Shown here: one piece after another, positions 59,605 through 64,000 of the stretch
Layout: the number at the start of each line of letters is the position of its first letter
Numbering within the stretch: the first letter of the stretch is position 1
NCBI GenBank assembly: GCA_963848335.1
Contig: CAWKDD010000002.1
Span: 74,159-138,158 of the forward strand
Length of the DNA stretch: 64,000 nucleotides
Reading direction: 5' to 3'
Source of the DNA: an uncultured Acidimicrobiales bacterium
Lineage (GTDB): Bacteria; Actinomycetota; Acidimicrobiia; Acidimicrobiales; UBA8190
Notes under the pieces: generated by a model
What the model saw: only the letters and a program-made list of their open reading frames with translations
Database searches by the model: none
What the model was told of the DNA's origin: nothing
Program-made: the position numbers and the translations under genes

Positions 59605-60089
59605 AACTCCACGACCTGCGCCCGCCCGCGGGCGCCAACCGCCCCAAGCGCCGGGTCGGCCGTGGCATCGCCGGCAAGGGCGGCAAGACGGCGGGCCGGG
59701 GCACCAAGGGCACCGGGGCCCGTGACAACGTCAAGCCCGGGTTCGAGGGCGGCCAGCTCCAGCTGGCCCAGCGCGTCCCCAAGCTCAAGGGGTTCCACAA
59801 CCCGTTCCGCGTGTCGTACGCGGTGGTCAACCTCGACACGCTCGAGGGTTTCGCCGGGGACGAGGTGACGCCGGCCACCCTCGGTGCGGCTGGCCGCGTG
59901 CGCAAAGGCGCCCTGGTCAAGGTGCTCGGCCGGGGGGAGCTGCACCGGGCTGTGCGGGTCCAGGTCCACGCCGTGTCGGGTTCGGCCCGCGCCGCCATCG
60001 AGGCCGCCGGGGGGAGCGTCGAGATCCTGCCCCCGCCCTTCGGTCACGGGCGTCCGCCGGCGCGGGGCAACGCGCTCACCAACCGGTAG
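59601..60089 (+). CDS. rplO: 50S ribosomal protein L15
   Basis: ATG 59601 gives [37 protein letters not shown]... Confidence 0.9.
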   Translation: MKLHDLRPPAGANRPKRRVGRGIAGKGGKTAGRGTKGTGARDNVKPGFEGGQLQLAQRVPKLKGFHNPFRVSYAVVNLDTLEGFAGDEVTPATLGAAGRVRKGALVKVLGRGELHRAVRVQVHAVSGSARAAIEAAGGSVEILPPPFGHGRPPARGNALTNR

Positions 60090-60131
60090 CCTCTTACTCC
60101 CGGGTACGGCTGGCGGCGAGGAGGAGGGGCG

Positions 60132-61421
60132 TTGCTCTCGAGCTTGAAGAACATCTTCAAGGTCCCCGACCTGCGCAACAAGGTCCTCTTCACGCTGCTC
60201 GTCATCGGGATCTACCAGCTCGGGGCGAACCTCATCGTCCCCTTCATCTCCATCAAGCAGGTCCAGGCCCTCGAGGCCCAGGCCAAGTCGGCGGGCATCC
60301 TGGGCTTCCTCAACCTGTTCTCGGGGGGTGGGCTGCTGCGGATGGCGCTGTTCGGGCTGGGGATCATGCCCTACATCACCAGCTCGATCATCATCCAGCT
60401 CCTTTCGACGGTGATCCCCAAGCTCGAGGAGTGGCGCGACCAGGGCGCGGTCGGGCAGAAGAAGATCACCCAGACGACCCGGTACCTCACCATCGGTCTG
60501 GCCCTGCTGCAGTCGGCCGGGCTGGTCTACGTGTTCCACAACGGCAGCGGCGACCTCCTCGGTGGCAAGAGCATCGACCTCATCCCCAACTTCACCTTGT
60601 GGCGGGCGGGCTTCATCTGCCTGACGCTCACGGCGGGGACGGCCTTCGTGATGTGGCTCGGTGAGCTCATCACCCAGCGCGGCATCGGCAACGGCATGTC
60701 CATCATCATCTTCGCCAACGTCACCGCCGGCATCCCCGCCGGAGGCACGGCCGTGCTCACCCAGGGCGGGAGCCTCAAGTTCGGGGTCATCGTGGCCGTG
60801 ACGCTGGTGCTGCTGGTGGTGGTGGTCTTCATGGAGCAGGGCCAGCGGCGCATCCCCGTTACCTTCGCCAAGCGGGTGGTGGGCCGACGCCAATACGGCG
60901 GGTCCTCCACCTACATCCCGCTCAAGGTCAACCAGTCCGGGGTCATCCCCATCATCTTCGCCAACTCCCTCCTCTACATCCCCGTGCTGCTGGCCAACAT
61001 CATTCCCTGGACGGGGTTCCGGACCTTCGTGAACAACCACATCACACCCACGAGCCTGCTGTACGTGATCTCCTACGGCGTCTTGATCTTCGCTTTCACC
61101 TTCTTCTACGTGTACGTGGCGTTCGACCCGCACCAACAGGCCGACATCATCCGCAAGCAAGGCGGCTACATCCCGGGCATCCGGCCCGGACCGCCCACGG
61201 AGCGCTATTTGGCGCGCATCCTCAACCGCATCACCGTTCCCGGAGGCTTGTACCTGGCCGTGGTGGCCGTGCTTCCGTCGCTGCTCATGGCGTTGTGGAA
61301 CATCCAGGGCTACCCGTTCTACGGGACCACGTTGCTGATCGCCGTAGGTGTATCGCTCGAGACGATGCGCCAGATCGACAGCCAGCTCATGATGCGGAAC
61401 TACGAGGGTTTCCTCAAGTAG
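60132..61421 (+). CDS. secY: preprotein translocase subunit SecY
   Basis: 429 aa, TTG start, ten TM segments, with GIMPYITSSIIIQLL and GNGMSIIIF blocks. Confidence 0.95.
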   Translation: MLSSLKNIFKVPDLRNKVLFTLLVIGIYQLGANLIVPFISIKQVQALEAQAKSAGILGFLNLFSGGGLLRMALFGLGIMPYITSSIIIQLLSTVIPKLEEWRDQGAVGQKKITQTTRYLTIGLALLQSAGLVYVFHNGSGDLLGGKSIDLIPNFTLWRAGFICLTLTAGTAFVMWLGELITQRGIGNGMSIIIFANVTAGIPAGGTAVLTQGGSLKFGVIVAVTLVLLVVVVFMEQGQRRIPVTFAKRVVGRRQYGGSSTYIPLKVNQSGVIPIIFANSLLYIPVLLANIIPWTGFRTFVNNHITPTSLLYVISYGVLIFAFTFFYVYVAFDPHQQADIIRKQGGYIPGIRPGPPTERYLARILNRITVPGGLYLAVVAVLPSLLMALWNIQGYPFYGTTLLIAVGVSLETMRQIDSQLMMRNYEGFLK

Positions 61422-61427
61422 CTGACT

Positions 61428-62102
61428 GTGGTACCCGGCGTCAGGCTCGTGGTCCTCGGCAAACAGGGGGCCGGCAAAGGAACTCAGTGCGTGCGATTGT
61501 CGCACCACTACGTCGTGCCGCACATCTCCACGGGAGACATGCTGCGCGCCGCGGTGAAGACCGGCTCGGCCCTGGGGCTCAAGGTGCGCGAGACGATGGA
61601 CCGCGGCGAGCTGTTGGGAGACGACATCATCATCGAGATGGTCGCCGAGCGTCTCAGCGAGCCCGACGCCCGGGCGAGGGGCTTCATCCTCGACGGCTGC
61701 CCGCGTACCACGCGTCAGGCGCAGTCCGTCGCCGCCCTGCTGGCGCCGGGGACCCTCGACCTCACCGTGGACATCGAGGTCCCCACGGCACAGGCTCTGC
61801 GCCGGCTGGCCAGCCGGCGGGTGTGCACCGACTGCGGCGCCAATTACTCGGTGTCGAACCCGCCCAAGGTCAACTGGATGTGCGACGTGTGCGGTGGTGA
61901 GGTCATCCAGCGCCAGGACGACACCGAGGACGCCATCCGTCGGCGCCTCGAGCTCTACGAGCGCCAGACCACGCCGCTCATCGAGTGGTACGAGTCCCAC
62001 GGGCAACTGGCCAAGGTCAGCGGCGTGGGGTCGCCCGATGCCGTGCTGCGCCGCGTCATCCGGGCCGTGGAGGAGCGTCGGGGCAGGGGCAACTCCCGAT
62101 GA
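61428..62102 (+). CDS. adk: adenylate kinase, zinc-lid form
   Basis: P-loop GKQGAGKGT. The LID has CTDCG...CDVCGG. Confidence 0.9.
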   Translation: MVPGVRLVVLGKQGAGKGTQCVRLSHHYVVPHISTGDMLRAAVKTGSALGLKVRETMDRGELLGDDIIIEMVAERLSEPDARARGFILDGCPRTTRQAQSVAALLAPGTLDLTVDIEVPTAQALRRLASRRVCTDCGANYSVSNPPKVNWMCDVCGGEVIQRQDDTEDAIRRRLELYERQTTPLIEWYESHGQLAKVSGVGSPDAVLRRVIRAVEERRGRGNSR

Positions 62103-62839
62103 GGCGCACCGCCGAGGAGATCGCCAAGATGCGACGGGCCGGCCGGGTGGTGGCGGAGATGCACTCGGCCACCAGGGAGGCGGCCAGGCCGGGGGTGACC
62201 ACCGCCGAGCTCGACGCCGTGGCCCGGGAGGTCCTGGCCCGCCGGGGTGCGAAGTCCAACTTCCTGCACTACCGCGGGTACCCGGCGGTGATCTGCACCT
62301 CGCCCAACGACATGATCGTCCATGGCATCCCCGGTGCCTACGTCCTGGAGGAGGGCGACATCCTGTCGATCGACTGCGGTGCCATCATCGAGGGGTACCA
62401 CGGGGACGCCGCCTTCACCATGGCGATCGGGGAGGTGTCGGGCGAAGCCGCCCGCCTCATCGAGACCACCGAGCGCAGCCTGTGGGCCGGGATCGACCAG
62501 CTGCGCAGCGGGAGCCGCCTCAACGAGGTGGGTCGGGCCGTCCAGGCCGTGGCCGAGGGGGCGGGGTTCTCGGTGGTGCGGGAGTACGTCGGGCACGCCA
62601 TCGGGACCGCCATGCACGAGGAGCCCCAGGTTCCCAACTACTGGCCGGGCCAGGGCGGACCCATGCTCAAGTCGGGCATGGTCTTCGCCGTCGAGCCCAT
62701 GGTCAACGCCGGAGGCCCCGCCACCCGGGTCCTCGAGGACGGATGGAGCGTGGTCACCGCCGACGGCAGGCTGTCGGCCCACTTCGAGCACTCCATCGCC
62801 GTCACCGAGGACGGGCCCGAGGTCCTCACCCTCCCCTGA
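62099..62839 (+). CDS. map: type I methionine aminopeptidase
   Basis: ATG 62099 (ATGA overlap with the adk stop) gives [15 protein letters not shown].... Metal ligand blocks [17 protein letters not shown], and EP...EH. Confidence 0.9.
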   Translation: MRRTAEEIAKMRRAGRVVAEMHSATREAARPGVTTAELDAVAREVLARRGAKSNFLHYRGYPAVICTSPNDMIVHGIPGAYVLEEGDILSIDCGAIIEGYHGDAAFTMAIGEVSGEAARLIETTERSLWAGIDQLRSGSRLNEVGRAVQAVAEGAGFSVVREYVGHAIGTAMHEEPQVPNYWPGQGGPMLKSGMVFAVEPMVNAGGPATRVLEDGWSVVTADGRLSAHFEHSIAVTEDGPEVLTLP

Positions 62840-63086
62840 GGACACCGGGCCCGGTCCGGGCCCGCCACCGGGGTCCGCGGCCGGCCAGGACGCCCTGGCC
62901 GGAAGCGGATTTGGGCGCTATGCTGGTAGGTCGGCTCGCCGAGTGGAGGCCCCCCCTCCGGTCTCGGTCGGCGGTGGGCCGAACCACCGCCGGCGCAATC
63001 GGGTCCTCGGGGCCGGCCGGGCGGCATCCCGGCCAAAGGTGTCCCGGAGCGCGGCGTGCCAGTCGACGAGAACGAGGAGGAGTGAC

Positions 63087-63311
63087 CTGCCCAAGCCCAA
63101 GGAGGATGCGATCGTGCTCGAGGGGACGGTCGTCGAGCCGCTCCCGAACGCCATGTTCCGTGTCGAGCTCGAGAACGGCCACAAGGTGCTGGCGCACAGC
63201 TCGGGGAAGATGCGCATGCACCGGATCCGGATCCTCCCGGGCGACCGGGTGCAGGTGGAGATCACGCCCTACGACCTGAGCCGCGGGCGGATCACCTACC
63301 GGTACAAGTAA
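63087..63311 (+). CDS. infA: translation initiation factor IF-1 (start codon uncertain, possibly CTG)
   Basis: ...[70 protein letters not shown]. The only in-frame candidate downstream of GAGGAGGAG is CTG 63087. The neighbouring GTG 63082 and ATG 63106 are out of frame. Confidence 0.8.
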   Translation: MPKPKEDAIVLEGTVVEPLPNAMFRVELENGHKVLAHSSGKMRMHRIRILPGDRVQVEITPYDLSRGRITYRYK

Positions 63312-63373
63312 CAGGTACGGGCGGGTGGGGTCCCGGTTCGGGGCAGGGAAGAGTTCGAGGCAGGGAAGAAGCG

Positions 63374-63487
63374 ATGAAAGTTCGACCGAGCGTGAAAGCG
63401 ATCTGTGAGAAGTGCAAGGTCATCCGGCGCAACGGCCGGGTGATGGTGATCTGCGCCAACCCGCGGCACAAGCAGCGCCAGGGCTGA
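63374..63487 (+). CDS. rpmJ: 50S ribosomal protein L36 (zinc-binding form)
   Basis: Not in the ORF track (37 aa). My translation gives [37 protein letters not shown]. Confidence 0.9.
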   Translation: MKVRPSVKAICEKCKVIRRNGRVMVICANPRHKQRQG

Positions 63488-63532
63488 GAGCCCGGCCCCC
63501 GAGCGACCAGGACGAGAGGAGCGGCAACACAA

Positions 63533-63913
63533 GTGGCACGGATCTCCGGTGTGGACATCCCCCGCGAGAAGCGGTTGGAGGTGTCGCTCACCTACATCTT
63601 CGGCATCGGCCGGACCCGGGCGCAGCAGACCATCGCCGGGACCGACCTCAACGCCGACACCCGCGTGCGGGACCTCACCGACGAAGAGGTCGCCCGTCTG
63701 CGGTCGTACATCGACACCAACTTCAAGGTGGAAGGCGACCTCCGCCGGGACATCGCCCAGGACATCAAGCGCAAGATGGAGATCGGCTGTTACGAAGGGG
63801 TGCGCCACCGCAAGGGCCTGCCCGTCCACGGCCAACGGACCCACACCAACGCCCGCACCCGTAAGGGCCCGAAGAAGACGGTCGCCGGCAAGAAGAAAGT
63901 ACGGAAGCACTGA
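63533..63913 (+). CDS. rpsM: 30S ribosomal protein S13
   Basis: 126 aa [26 protein letters not shown]... Confidence 0.95.
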   Translation: MARISGVDIPREKRLEVSLTYIFGIGRTRAQQTIAGTDLNADTRVRDLTDEEVARLRSYIDTNFKVEGDLRRDIAQDIKRKMEIGCYEGVRHRKGLPVHGQRTHTNARTRKGPKKTVAGKKKVRKH

Positions 63914-64000
63914 TGGCCAAGGCGACCAAGGCGACCAAGGCGGCCAAGTCCTCGAAGTCCGCGGCAGTACGCAGGCCCCGCAAGCGCGAGCGCAAGAACG
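63913..64000 (+). CDS. rpsK: 30S ribosomal protein S11, N-terminal part only (runs off the window)
   Basis: ATG 63913 (TGATG overlap with the S13 stop) gives [29 protein letters not shown].... The call rests on position after rpsM and the basic N-terminus. Confidence 0.75.
   Translation, partial: MAKATKATKAAKSSKSAAVRRPRKRERKN

Noticed and set aside
59124-62006. 960 aa ORF antisense to rpmD-rplO-secY-adk
   Set aside because: GC-driven antisense open frame. The sense-strand genes are unambiguous.

Overview
Very GC-rich bacterial chromosome segment with an actinobacterial-type gene order. GC content was judged by eye, not computed.

Roughly the first 32 kb carries mixed housekeeping and cell-envelope genes:
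- an SDR and two cyclophilins
- the ask-asd pair, PhoU, NDH-2 and a fused 2-oxoacid dehydrogenase E1 alpha/beta
- RmuC and an AddAB/AdnAB-type helicase-nuclease pair
- GT2 and SqdB-like genes, an LCP protein, citrate synthase, TesB and a GH1 beta-glucosidase
- GtrA, YajQ, an MptB-like GT-C and a GNAT

From about 32.4 kb to the end lies the conserved translation/transcription supercluster:
- tRNA-Thr, tRNA-Met, rpmG, tRNA-Trp, secE, nusG, rplKA, rplJL, rpoBC
- rpsLG, fusA, tuf, then the S10 and spc operons
- secY, adk, map, infA, rpmJ, rpsM, rpsK

I found no CRISPR array, transposase, integrase or obvious defence island, and no clearly novel system.

The most striking feature is that at least 14 single-base frame disruptions interrupt 9 otherwise well-conserved genes: ask, asd, an esterase, the GH1 gene, rpoC, rplD, rplV, rpsC and rpsH. 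All lie in short G/C runs or CpG contexts. I read them as most likely sequence or assembly indel errors rather than biology.

Secondary observations:
- long acidic extensions on many ribosomal proteins
- an unusually long structured spacer between rpsJ and rplC
- an SqdB-like gene set among polyprenol-phosphate glycosylation genes
- a probable non-canonical infA start

Many long antisense ORFs in the track are GC-driven shadow ORFs.
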